Assembly: GCA_017509685.1 (NCBI GenBank)
Contig: JAFWPA010000087.1
Span: forward strand, 768-64,767
Source of the DNA: Bacteroidales bacterium
GTDB taxonomy: Bacteria > Bacteroidota > Bacteroidia > Bacteroidales > UBA932
DNA length: 64,000 nt
Direction of reading: 5' to 3'
In this document: positions 1 to 9,323 of the stretch, piece after piece
Position numbering within the stretch: the stretch's first letter is position 1
Layout of the letters: every line of letters begins with the position of its first letter
Made by a program: the position numbers and the translations under genes
The notes under the pieces: generated by a model
Database searches by the model: none
What the model was told of the DNA's origin: nothing
The model's input: only the letters and a program-made list of their open reading frames with translations

Positions 1-790
1 CGTACACCAGGAAGCCAATGCCCAGCAGTACAAACGGGATACTCAGGAGCTGGCCCATGTTCAAGGCCATATTTGCCTCGAAGTCCACCTGGTCGTTCTT
101 CACGAATTCGATGAGGAAACGGCTGCCGAAGCATACAATCATGAAGATGCCCACAAAGGTTCCGCGATACAGGTTGTCCAGCTTTTTCCAATACAGCCAC
201 ATGAGTGCAATGCCCAGCAGCAGGTAGGTGCCGGCCTCGTACAATTGCGTAGGATGGCAGGGAACCGTTTCTCCGTTACGCTCGAAGACAAAGCCCCAGG
301 GAAGCGTGGTGGGGCCACCGTAAATCTCTGAATTAAAGAGGTTCCCCAGGCGGATGAAGCAGGCTGCGAAAGCTACGGGTATAACCAGGTGGTCGATGAC
401 CCAGACAAAGTCGAAATCATTGGCGGGGCCGTACTTGGCGGCGTACCACCAGATACCCAGGATAAGGGCAATGGTGCCGCCGTGGCTGGCCAGACCGCCC
501 TTCCAGGGCATGAATATCTCGAAGAAACCGGTCCAGCTGCCGAAGTAGTAATCCGGCTGGTAAAAAATGCAGTGACCCAACCGCGCGCCTACGATGGTGC
601 AGATGAGCAGCATGTACAGCATGGGGTCCAGAAGATTCTCGGGAATGGCCTCGCGCCGGAAAAAACTTCTCATGATATACCAGCCCAGGATGAATCCGCT
701 CACGAAAAGCAGGGAGTACCACCTGAGTTCAAACCCGCCGATATGCAGGATGGCGGGATCTATGTTCCAATTGACCACTAACAATTCCAT
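1..790 (-). CDS. lgt: Prolipoprotein diacylglyceryl transferase (3' end lies outside the window)
   Basis: Manual translation from ATG at 790 gives MELLVVNWNIDPAILHIGGFELRWYS...GARLGHCIFY...PCHPTQLYEA, which are typical Lgt motifs. It is absent from the ORF track because no stop lies in the window. Confidence 0.93.
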   Translation of the reverse strand, partial: MELLVVNWNIDPAILHIGGFELRWYSLLFVSGFILGWYIMRSFFRREAIPENLLDPMLYMLLICTIVGARLGHCIFYQPDYYFGSWTGFFEIFMPWKGGLASHGGTIALILGIWWYAAKYGPANDFDFVWVIDHLVIPVAFAACFIRLGNLFNSEIYGGPTTLPWGFVFERNGETVPCHPTQLYEAGTYLLLGIALMWLYWKKLDNLYRGTFVGIFMIVCFGSRFLIEFVKNDQVDFEANMALNMGQLLSIPFVLLGIGFLVY

Positions 791-794
791 ACTG

Positions 795-802
795 CAAAGA
801 TA
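795..802 (-). promoter_or_regulatory. Bacteroidota sigmaA -7 promoter element (TATCTTTG) for lgt
   Basis: Matches TAnnTTTG, 4 nt upstream of the lgt ATG. Confidence 0.7.
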
Positions 803-843
803 GCAAACAGCAGGGAAAAAACGAAATGGCCCCGCGCACGCGC

Positions 844-859
844 TGGCGCGATTCTTGTA
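844..859 (+). promoter_or_regulatory. Possible sigma54 -24/-12 promoter of the efflux operon
   Basis: TGGCGCGATTCTTGTA compared with the consensus TGGCACGNNNNTTGCW. Spacing is correct, but -12 reads GT rather than GC. Confidence 0.4.
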
Positions 860-888
860 GTAAAACACCAACTTATTTAGTTGGTAAT

Positions 889-2403
889 ATGACTGTAAAG
901 AAAGTTCTTTTGGCGCTCGCACTGCTGATTCCGTCGGCGGCGTGGGCGCAGTTCAGCGGGGAAGAACGTCCGGCCGGGGATACCACCCTGGTGCTCAGCC
1001 TGGACGACGCCCTCAAGATAGCCCTTTCGGAAAACACTTCCGTGAAAGTGGCCGATATGGAAATCCAGCGCACGAAGTATGCGCAGAAAGGCTCCTACGG
1101 CCAGCTGTTCCCGCAGATCAGCGCTTCCGGGGCCTACAATTACGCTATTGTCAAACAAAAAGTATATTTCGGCTCGGATGCCAATGACAGTGGTTCGTCT
1201 TCTTCCGGCGGTGGAATGGCAAGTATGTACGCCTCCATGCTGGAACCCATCATGTACTACATCCAGCAGCTGTACGAGGTGACGGGAACGCCGTTCGTCC
1301 CTTATGTGGAGCCCGTGAAACCCGACGACTCCTCCTCCGGGGACGGTGCCATCGAGATGGGCCGCCGCAACCAGGTGACCCTGGGCCTGAGTGCCAGCAT
1401 GCCGCTGGTGAACTTCCAGCTGTGGGAGAGCCTGCGCATCACCGGGGACCAGGTGGAACAGGCCGTGGAACAGGCCCGCGAATCCCGGCTTGGGACCGTG
1501 GCTTCCGTGAAGCAGGCCTACTTTGCCGTGCTCATGGCCAAGGCTTCCTACGACGTGTACAACGCCGTGTATGAGAACGCCGTCCAGAACTACAAGTACA
1601 CCGAAAGCCGGCACAAGACCGGCAAGGCTTCGGAGCTGGAGATGGTCCGGGCCCAGAGTTCCCTGGCCGCCGCCGTTCCCAACGTGTACAACGCCGAGAA
1701 TTCCATTTACCTGTCCCTGTGGCAGCTGAAGGCCGTGATGGGCATCGACCTGGACCGTCCCATCGACGTCCAGGGCAAGCTGGAAGACTATGCCCAGCAT
1801 ATGTTCTATGAGATCAACGAAGGGGCCGAGGCCTCCCTGGACCATAACACCCAGCTGCGCCAGCTGCCCAACCAGGCCGAAATGCTGGCCAAGCAGATCA
1901 GGATGCAGCAGTATGCCTATATCCCCACGCTGTCGGCCCAGCTCTCCTTCAACTACTATACGCAGAGCGACAAATTCAACCTGAGCCAGTGGAGATGGCT
2001 GCCTTCCAGCACCCTGGTGTTCTCCCTGAGCATCCCCATCTTCTCCGGCGGCCAGCGTTATCACACCATCAAGCAAACCCGCGTGCAGGCCGATGAACTC
2101 GCCCTCCAGCGGGAGAACACGGAGCGCCAGCTCCGCATCGGCATCCGCCAGAACCTGTCCACCATGGACACCTCCATGAAATCCTACGATGCCGCCAACG
2201 AGGCCGTGAAGAGCGCCGAGAAGGCCTACGACATCGCCTCCAAGAGCTACAAGGTGGGCAAGAGTACGCTCACAGACCTGAACAACACGGAACTCACCCT
2301 TACGCAGGCCCGCCTGCAGGCGGCCCAGGCCGTGTACAATTTTGTAGTGGCAAAAGCCAGCCTGGAACAGACCCTGGGCTACGATTTCACCGAAGAAAAA
2401 TAA
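889..2403 (+). CDS. TolC-family outer membrane efflux protein
   Basis: Signal peptide from MTVKK, LSLDDALKIALSEN, LSIPIFSGG and two OEP repeats; first gene of an RND operon. Confidence 0.92.
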   Translation: MTVKKVLLALALLIPSAAWAQFSGEERPAGDTTLVLSLDDALKIALSENTSVKVADMEIQRTKYAQKGSYGQLFPQISASGAYNYAIVKQKVYFGSDANDSGSSSSGGGMASMYASMLEPIMYYIQQLYEVTGTPFVPYVEPVKPDDSSSGDGAIEMGRRNQVTLGLSASMPLVNFQLWESLRITGDQVEQAVEQARESRLGTVASVKQAYFAVLMAKASYDVYNAVYENAVQNYKYTESRHKTGKASELEMVRAQSSLAAAVPNVYNAENSIYLSLWQLKAVMGIDLDRPIDVQGKLEDYAQHMFYEINEGAEASLDHNTQLRQLPNQAEMLAKQIRMQQYAYIPTLSAQLSFNYYTQSDKFNLSQWRWLPSSTLVFSLSIPIFSGGQRYHTIKQTRVQADELALQRENTERQLRIGIRQNLSTMDTSMKSYDAANEAVKSAEKAYDIASKSYKVGKSTLTDLNNTELTLTQARLQAAQAVYNFVVAKASLEQTLGYDFTEEK

Positions 2404-2410
2404 ACGAGAT

Positions 2411-3430
2411 ATGAAAGTCAGAATCATCCTCATCGCCGCACTGGCCCTCGCTGCCGTGTCCTGCGGCAGCAACAACTCCAAAAGCGCCGTTGCCGCTCCC
2501 GCGGCGGTGACGCCCAACGTGGAAGTGACCACGGCCGTCGCCCGCGACGTTCCCCAAGAGGCCACCTACGCTTCCACCATCATGGCTTATGCCGTCAACA
2601 ACATCATGCCCCAGCAGGGCAGCCGCATCCGCAAGATCAACGTGGAAGTGGGGGACTATGTCCAGCAGGGACAGATCCTGGCCGAGATGGACCGCACGCA
2701 GCTGGAACAGCTGGAACTCCAGGTCCGTAACGACGAACAGGAATACGAGCGTATCAAGGCCCTGTATGCCGAAGGCGGCATTTCCCAGAGTGACTTCGAG
2801 ACGGCCGAACTCTCCTACAAAGTGCGCAAGAGCAACTACGAGAACGTGAAAGAAAACACCGTTCTGCGCAGCCCCATCAGCGGTTTTGTCACCGTGCGTA
2901 ACTTCGACCGCGGAGATATGTTCTCCATGGGCTCCCCTCTGTTCGTCATCCATCAGGTGGTTCCCGTGAAACTGCTCATCGGCATTTCCGAAAGCGAATA
3001 CACCAAGGTGAAGAAGGGCGACAAGGTGCAGATCACCGTAGACGCCATCCCCGGCAGCGTGTTTACCGGTAAGGTGGAGCGCCTGTATCCCATTGTGGAT
3101 TCCGCCACCCATACTTTCAAGGTGGAGGTGACCATCCCCAACAAGGACAGGGTCCTGCTTCCCGGTATGTACGCCCGCGCTACGGTGAACTTCGGCGATG
3201 TTCGCAACGTGGTGGTTCCGGACCAGGCGGTGGTGCGTATGGAAGGCACCGGCCAGCGTTTCGTCTATGTGCTCAACGCTAACAATACCGTGAGCCTGGT
3301 TCCCGTGACCCCCGGCCGTCATATCGGCTCTGAATATGAGATTGTCGACGGTCTCGCCGACGGCGCCAAGGTGGTGGTGAAAGGCCAGTCCACCCTCAAG
3401 GACGGCGTGAGCGTGAATGTGCTTAACTAG
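2411..3430 (+). CDS. RND efflux periplasmic adaptor (MFP) lipoprotein
   Basis: Lipobox AVSC, VEVGDYVQQGQILA, LRSPISGFV, LLPGMYARA. Confidence 0.93.
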   Translation: MKVRIILIAALALAAVSCGSNNSKSAVAAPAAVTPNVEVTTAVARDVPQEATYASTIMAYAVNNIMPQQGSRIRKINVEVGDYVQQGQILAEMDRTQLEQLELQVRNDEQEYERIKALYAEGGISQSDFETAELSYKVRKSNYENVKENTVLRSPISGFVTVRNFDRGDMFSMGSPLFVIHQVVPVKLLIGISESEYTKVKKGDKVQITVDAIPGSVFTGKVERLYPIVDSATHTFKVEVTIPNKDRVLLPGMYARATVNFGDVRNVVVPDQAVVRMEGTGQRFVYVLNANNTVSLVPVTPGRHIGSEYEIVDGLADGAKVVVKGQSTLKDGVSVNVLN

Positions 3431-3439
3431 TGATGAGCC

Positions 3440-6400
3440 ATGAGCATCTACAGAACAGCCGTCAATAATCCCGTCACCACGGCCCTGGTGTTCCTGGCCT
3501 TTGCCATCCTGGGTGTCTTCTCCCTGGTGCAATTGCCTGTGGACAACTTCCCGGACATGGAATCCAACACCATCATGGTGATGAGTTCCTATCCCGGAGC
3601 CAGCGCCGAGGATGTGGAGACCAACCTCACCAAGTTGTTGGAAAACTCCCTGAACTCTGTGGCCGACCTTAAGAACGTGACTTCGTCGTCGCGTGAAAAC
3701 GTGTCCATGCTCACGCTGGAATTCCAGTACGGCAAGGATATCGAGGTGGCTACCAACGACGTCCGCGACAAACTGGACATGATTAAATCCAGCCTCCCGG
3801 ACGGCGCTTCCAACCCTACCATCTTCAAGTTCAGCGCCGACGACATGCCCATCATGATCCTGGCCTGCACGGCCGATCAGAGCGTGAGCGCGCTAGACAA
3901 GATTCTGGAAGACCGCGTGGCCACCCCGCTGGCCCGTGTGTCGGGTGTGGGTACCGTCTCCGTGAGCGGCGCCCCTAACCGTGAGATCAAGGTATACTGC
4001 GAACCCGCCAAGCTGGAAGCCTACGGCATCAGCATCACCTCCCTGTCCAGCATTATCGCCGCCGAGAACCGCAACGTCCCTTCCGGCAGCATCGACATCG
4101 GCTCCAACACCTACTCCCTCCGTATCAAGAAGGAGTTCTCCGACCCTCAGGAACTGCTGGACATCGTGGTGGGCTACCGCAACGGTTCGGCCGTGTACCT
4201 GCGGGACGTGGCCCGTGTAGAGGACGGCGTTGAGGAGAAATCCCAGGAGTCCTATACCAACGGTACCCGCGGTGCGCAGATCATCATCCAGAAGCAGTCC
4301 GGTTACAATACCGTGAACGTGATCCGTCAGGTGAAAAAGACCCTGGCCACCCTGGAGCACAACCTGCCCTCGGACATCAAGATCACTACGGTGGTGGACT
4401 CTTCCACCAATATCCTCAACACCATCCACTCCCTGCTGGAGACCATCCTCATCACCTTCCTGGTGGTGATGCTGGTGGTGTTCCTGTTCCTGGGCCGCCT
4501 CAAGGGTACGCTCATCGTGGTGCTCAGTATCCCCGTGGCTCTGCTGGCATCCCTGATGTACCTGTTCTTCACGGGTAACACCCTGAACATCATCTCCATG
4601 AGCGCCCTCTCCATCGCCATCGGTATGGTGGTGGACGACGCCATCGTGGTATTGGAGAACGTGACCTCCCACCTGGAGAGGGGAGAGAAACCTAAGGAGG
4701 CCGCCGTACACGGAACTTCTGAAGTGGGTATCTCCGTCATCGCCTCCACGCTCACCATGCTGTGCGTGTTCCTGCCCCTCACCATGATCAACGGCATGAC
4801 CGGTATCATGTTCCGGCAGCTGGGCTGGATTGTTTCCATCATCATGATCGTGTCCACCACGGCCGCCCTTACGCTGGTGCCCATGCTGTGCTCGGTCCTG
4901 ATGAACAACAAGCCCACCACCAACAAGTTCTATACGGTGGTGTTCAAGCCGGTGAACGTGGCCCTGGACGGTCTGTCGGCCGGTTACAGCCGGATGATCG
5001 CCTGGTGCATGCGGCACAAGAAACTCATCCTGCTGGGTGCCTTGGTAGTATTCGCCGTGGTGATGGTCATCTACTATCCCAAGATGAAGACGGAGTTCTT
5101 CCCCACGCAGGACCAGGGCCGTGTGACCATATCGGCCGAACTGCCCATCGGTACCGCGCAGGACGTCACGCGTGAGGTGGCGGCCGAAATCTACGCCCAA
5201 ATCAAGCGCGATGTGCCGGAAATCAAGGTGCTCAGCTATAACTTCGGCCAGGCCGACGCCGACAACACCTTCGCCAACATGCGTTCCAACGGTACGTACA
5301 TCATCTCCTACAACATCAACGTGCACACCGCCACCGAGCGTAAGGAACTGGCACGGCAGAAAGGCATTCCTTTCCGTACCACTTCCGAGATTGCCGATGT
5401 GGTTCGCGCAGACCTGCGGATGTTCCCAGAACTGCGCAAGTTCAACGTGACCGAAGGCGGTATGGGTATGGGCGGCGCATCCCGCGTGATCCTGGAAGTT
5501 TACGGTTATGACTTCGAGGAGACCGAGCGCGCTGCCAAGCGCTACCGTGAGCAGATGATGGCCAGCGGCAAGTTCACGCAGGTGCTGCTGGGCCGCGACG
5601 ACTATACGCCGGAGTACGAGGTAGACTTCGACCGTGAGAAACTGGCCCTGAACGGGCTCAATTCCACCACGGCCGCAGCCGCCGTATCGGCTGCCATGAG
5701 CGGCTCCGTGGGGTCCTACTACCGTGAGGACGGCGACGAATACAACATCCGTGTGCGTTTTGCTCCGGAGTACCGCGAGAGCCTGGAGGACATCGAGAAC
5801 ATCGTGGTGTACAATACCGCCGGCCAGGGTATCAAGGTACGGGATTTGGGCCGCATCGTGGAATCCAAGGTTCCGCCCACCATCCAGCGCAAGAACCGTG
5901 AACGTTATATATCGGCCACCGGTCTGGTAGCCCGCGGCACTGCATTGTCCGAGGCCGTGGAGGTGATTGACCAGATGATGGAGGCCGATCCCCTGCCCCC
6001 GGAACTGTCCTACGCCATTGCCGGTGACTACGAGGAGCAGCAGGAGATGTTCTCCTCCCTGCTGCTGCTGGTGGCGCTCATCATTATCCTGGTGTATATG
6101 GTGATGGCTTCCCAGTTCGAGAGTTTCATGGGACCGTTCGTGATCATGTTCTCCATCCCCTTCGCCTTCACGGGCGTGGCCCTGGGCAACCTGGTCAACG
6201 ATATGGCCATAGGCATGATGGCGATGGTGGGTATCATCATCCTGCTGGGTATCGTGGTGAAGAACGGTATTGTGCTCATAGACTATACCATCCTGCTCCA
6301 GGAACGCGGTTACAGTGTGCGTGACGCTTCGGTCACGGCGGCCAAGAGCCGTCTGCGCCCCATCCTCATGACCACCCTCACCACCGTCCTGGGTATGCTG

Positions 6401-6571
6401 CCCATGGCGCTGGGCCGGGGCGAAGGCTCCGAAATGTGGCACGGCCTGGGTATCACCGTGGCCTGGGGTCTTAGTATCTCTACCTTAATTACACTGGTGC
6501 TCATCCCGGTACTGTACTGTGGTTTCACCGAGCACCGCGCAAGACGGAAAGCAAAGAAGAATAGTTTATGA
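3440..6571 (+). CDS. AcrB/AcrD/AcrF-family RND permease
   Basis: 1043 aa; IGMVVDDAIVVLEN, GIVVKNGIVLID, RLRPILMTTLTT. Confidence 0.96.
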   Translation: MSIYRTAVNNPVTTALVFLAFAILGVFSLVQLPVDNFPDMESNTIMVMSSYPGASAEDVETNLTKLLENSLNSVADLKNVTSSSRENVSMLTLEFQYGKDIEVATNDVRDKLDMIKSSLPDGASNPTIFKFSADDMPIMILACTADQSVSALDKILEDRVATPLARVSGVGTVSVSGAPNREIKVYCEPAKLEAYGISITSLSSIIAAENRNVPSGSIDIGSNTYSLRIKKEFSDPQELLDIVVGYRNGSAVYLRDVARVEDGVEEKSQESYTNGTRGAQIIIQKQSGYNTVNVIRQVKKTLATLEHNLPSDIKITTVVDSSTNILNTIHSLLETILITFLVVMLVVFLFLGRLKGTLIVVLSIPVALLASLMYLFFTGNTLNIISMSALSIAIGMVVDDAIVVLENVTSHLERGEKPKEAAVHGTSEVGISVIASTLTMLCVFLPLTMINGMTGIMFRQLGWIVSIIMIVSTTAALTLVPMLCSVLMNNKPTTNKFYTVVFKPVNVALDGLSAGYSRMIAWCMRHKKLILLGALVVFAVVMVIYYPKMKTEFFPTQDQGRVTISAELPIGTAQDVTREVAAEIYAQIKRDVPEIKVLSYNFGQADADNTFANMRSNGTYIISYNINVHTATERKELARQKGIPFRTTSEIADVVRADLRMFPELRKFNVTEGGMGMGGASRVILEVYGYDFEETERAAKRYREQMMASGKFTQVLLGRDDYTPEYEVDFDREKLALNGLNSTTAAAAVSAAMSGSVGSYYREDGDEYNIRVRFAPEYRESLEDIENIVVYNTAGQGIKVRDLGRIVESKVPPTIQRKNRERYISATGLVARGTALSEAVEVIDQMMEADPLPPELSYAIAGDYEEQQEMFSSLLLLVALIIILVYMVMASQFESFMGPFVIMFSIPFAFTGVALGNLVNDMAIGMMAMVGIIILLGIVVKNGIVLIDYTILLQERGYSVRDASVTAAKSRLRPILMTTLTTVLGMLPMALGRGEGSEMWHGLGITVAWGLSISTLITLVLIPVLYCGFTEHRARRKAKKNSL

Positions 6572-6861
6572 AAGCAGTATTCGTAGCATATAATCAGGCT
6601 TACAATCAGGAGATTGTAGAGCTGCTGGAGAATTTGGGACAGCGCGGGTACACCGTGTGGGAAGAAGTGGGCGGCCGCGGTTCCGTGGACGGCGAACCCC
6701 ACCTGGGCAACCACGCGTGGCCCACGCAGAACCACGCCCTCCTCACCGTTCTGGAGGATAGCCTGGCTTCCAAGGTGATGGACGCCCTGCGCGCCACAGA
6801 CGCCGCCAACAAGGACCTGGGCCTCCGTGCCTATGTCCTTCCGGTAGAGGCGGCGCTGTAG
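6568..6861 (+). CDS. PG0541-type transporter-associated P-II-like protein
   Basis: 97 aa; RGYTVWEEVGGRGSVDGEPHLGNHAWP; overlaps the RND stop codon. Confidence 0.8.
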   Translation: MKAVFVAYNQAYNQEIVELLENLGQRGYTVWEEVGGRGSVDGEPHLGNHAWPTQNHALLTVLEDSLASKVMDALRATDAANKDLGLRAYVLPVEAAL

Positions 6862-6906
6862 TTTTTGAAAAATTGCTTATATTTGCACTGATAGAACATA
6901 AAGCTT

Positions 6907-7221
6907 ATGGCAAAAGTAGCAACAAATGATAGTTTCGCCGGGCTGTTGCAGAGCGACAAACTGGTGATTGTAGATTTCTGGGCTGTATGGTGCGGTCCCT
7001 GCCGCATGCTTTCTCCCGTACTGGACGAGGTAGAGGAGGAGATGGCCGACAAAATTGAAGTGGTGAAGGTGAACGTGGACGACGCCGACGAAGTGGCCGC
7101 CCAGTACCGCATCATGAGCATTCCCACCCTGCTGTTCTTCAAGGGCGGCCAGGTGGTGGACAAGACCGTGGGTGCCATGCCCAAGGCCCAGCTTGTAGAA
7201 AAGATTAAAGCTAACTTATAA
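6907..7221 (+). CDS. trxA: Thioredoxin
   Basis: VDFWAVWCGPC active site, SIPTLLFFKGG; TATATTTG promoter upstream. Confidence 0.96.
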   Translation: MAKVATNDSFAGLLQSDKLVIVDFWAVWCGPCRMLSPVLDEVEEEMADKIEVVKVNVDDADEVAAQYRIMSIPTLLFFKGGQVVDKTVGAMPKAQLVEKIKANL

Positions 7222-7235
7222 AAAACTCAATCGTC

Positions 7236-7808
7236 ATGAAAAAACTGTTATCCGTTATCGTGATTGCCCTGGCCACCGTGACCGCGGCTCACGCCCAGTT
7301 CGGTATCATCGCCGGTTACAACTCTTCTTCCACCAAGATCAAGGATGCCGCCGCCGAATTCAAGACCGCCAGCCTCTGGCACGCCGGTGTGGCCTATAAG
7401 ATCAATATCGGTGTGCTGGGTATCCAGCCTTCCCTCACCTATGCCATGAAGGGAACCAAAGTAGACAACCTGGAGTACAAGACCGGTTACGTAGAGGCTT
7501 CCGTAGGTATTCAGCTGGGTCTGGATCTTCTGGTGGCCCGTCCGTTCGTGGTGGCCGAACCATTCATCGGTTATCAGGTCTACGGTAACGAGCAGGCTGT
7601 CAAGGATGTGACCAACAAGCTGGAATACGGCTTTGGTATAGGTATCGGCGCCGATGTCCTCAAACACCTCCAGTTGCGCGTGGAATGGTATAAGAACCTG
7701 GGTTACCTGGCCGGTGCCAATGCAACCGATGCCGGCAATGCCGCTTTGGATGTCCTCAAGAAGAGTAACTATCAAGGTATCAAGATCACTGCCGGTTTCT
7801 TCTTTTAA
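7236..7808 (+). CDS. Outer-membrane beta-barrel (porin-family) protein
   Basis: Signal peptide, alternating beta-strands, C-terminal Phe (ITAGFFF). Confidence 0.8.
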   Translation: MKKLLSVIVIALATVTAAHAQFGIIAGYNSSSTKIKDAAAEFKTASLWHAGVAYKINIGVLGIQPSLTYAMKGTKVDNLEYKTGYVEASVGIQLGLDLLVARPFVVAEPFIGYQVYGNEQAVKDVTNKLEYGFGIGIGADVLKHLQLRVEWYKNLGYLAGANATDAGNAALDVLKKSNYQGIKITAGFFF

Positions 7809-8338
7809 TGGATAGAAAAGTCGTTATTTTTTGTGCGTCCAGCGCAAAAATCGATGAAAAGTACAACGATGCAGCGCGTGAAGCAGTTCGCGCGCTGCAT
7901 GCGTTAGGTTATACCGTGGTGTCCGGCGGCTGCAAGAGGGGCACGATGGGGGTCATCACTTCCGAGTCGGTAAAAGTGGGAGGCCGGCACATCATTGTCC
8001 TGCCTTCTTTTATGAAAGGCATGGAAGACCCGGATATCAAGGAGGTGATCTGGACCGACACCATGGCCGCCCGCAAGGAAAAGATGCGGGAAGGGGCCTG
8101 CGCCGCCATCGCCCTGCCGGGCGGTATCGGCACCATTGACGAATTCATTGAAACCCATACGCTGAAAAAGCTGCACAAGTGGGAAGGGGAACTCTTTGCC
8201 CTGAACCTGGACGGCTACTGGGATCCCTATATCGCCCTGCTGGACCATATGGTGGAGACGGGAGCCCTGGATGCACAGGACCGCGACCTGGTTCACTTCC
8301 CCCGTACTGTAGCGGAACTCATAGCCTGTTTTGACTAA
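7808..8338 (+). CDS. LOG-family (Rossmann) nucleotide monophosphate nucleosidase
   Basis: VIFCASS, RKEKM, ALPGGIGTIDE (PGGxGTxxE). Confidence 0.9.
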   Translation: MDRKVVIFCASSAKIDEKYNDAAREAVRALHALGYTVVSGGCKRGTMGVITSESVKVGGRHIIVLPSFMKGMEDPDIKEVIWTDTMAARKEKMREGACAAIALPGGIGTIDEFIETHTLKKLHKWEGELFALNLDGYWDPYIALLDHMVETGALDAQDRDLVHFPRTVAELIACFD

Positions 8339-9322
8339 ATGGATGAGATTAAAGCCTATCTTCAGCCCGGCCTTGAGCAGGTGAACGTCTTTATTAATAT
8401 GGCGCTCCGGAGCGATATTCCGCTGCTGGACAGCACCAACCGCAGCCTGCGGGAGCACCCCGGAAAAATGATGCGGCCCATGCTGGCCCTGTTGGTGGCG
8501 GATGCTGCCGGAGAAGCTGCGCCTCCGCCGGAAGACACCTACCGTTATGCCGCTGCAACGGAGCTGCTGCACAACGCAACCCTGTTGCACGACGACGTGG
8601 TAGACGGCGCCACGGAGCGCCGCGGCCTTCCCACCGTGGCATCGATACTGGGAGGCAGCACGGCCGTTCTCATCGGCGACTACTGGCTGGAAAAGTGCCT
8701 GCAGCTGGTGCTGGGCGCGCGCCGGGAAGCCGACCGCGTACTGCGGCTCTTCGCCCAGACCATCGGCCATCTCACCGAAGGGGAGCTCCTGCAGATGCAG
8801 AAAGCTTCTACCGCCGACACCACTCAGGCGGATTACCTGCGTATCATTTATGGCAAAACCGCCTCGCTCTTTGAGAGTGCCGCCATGTCGGCCGCCATTT
8901 CGGTCGCTGCCAGTGAAGAACTGATACGCGCCATGGGGGACTACGCCTACCTGTTGGGTTTGGCTTTCCAGATCAAGGACGACATCTTCGATTACGAGGA
9001 AGAGGCGGCCGATATAGGCAAACCCGTGGGGATTGACCTGATGGAACAGAAGATTACGCAGCCGCTGCTGTGCGTGCTGGAAAAAGCCTCTTCGGCCGAG
9101 CAACAGGAAATCCGCAGCCTGGTGAAAAACATTCCGGACCATCCGGAAAATGTGGACCGCGTGCGCGCTTTTGTCAAGGAAAACGATGGCGTGGCCTTGG
9201 CCAAGGACGTGATGGATTTTTACGTGGAAAAAGCCATCTCCTGCCTGGAAAGCCTTCCGGAATCCAAAGAAAAGTTGTATCTTGCAAAACTTGCCCGTTT
9301 TGTAGGGCAGAGAGACAAGTAA
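8339..9322 (+). CDS. Long-chain polyprenyl diphosphate synthase (IspB-like)
   Basis: GKMMRP, ATLLHDDVVD...RRG, FQIKDD, GKPVGIDL. Confidence 0.92.
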   Translation: MDEIKAYLQPGLEQVNVFINMALRSDIPLLDSTNRSLREHPGKMMRPMLALLVADAAGEAAPPPEDTYRYAAATELLHNATLLHDDVVDGATERRGLPTVASILGGSTAVLIGDYWLEKCLQLVLGARREADRVLRLFAQTIGHLTEGELLQMQKASTADTTQADYLRIIYGKTASLFESAAMSAAISVAASEELIRAMGDYAYLLGLAFQIKDDIFDYEEEAADIGKPVGIDLMEQKITQPLLCVLEKASSAEQQEIRSLVKNIPDHPENVDRVRAFVKENDGVALAKDVMDFYVEKAISCLESLPESKEKLYLAKLARFVGQRDK

Positions 9323-9323
9323 T

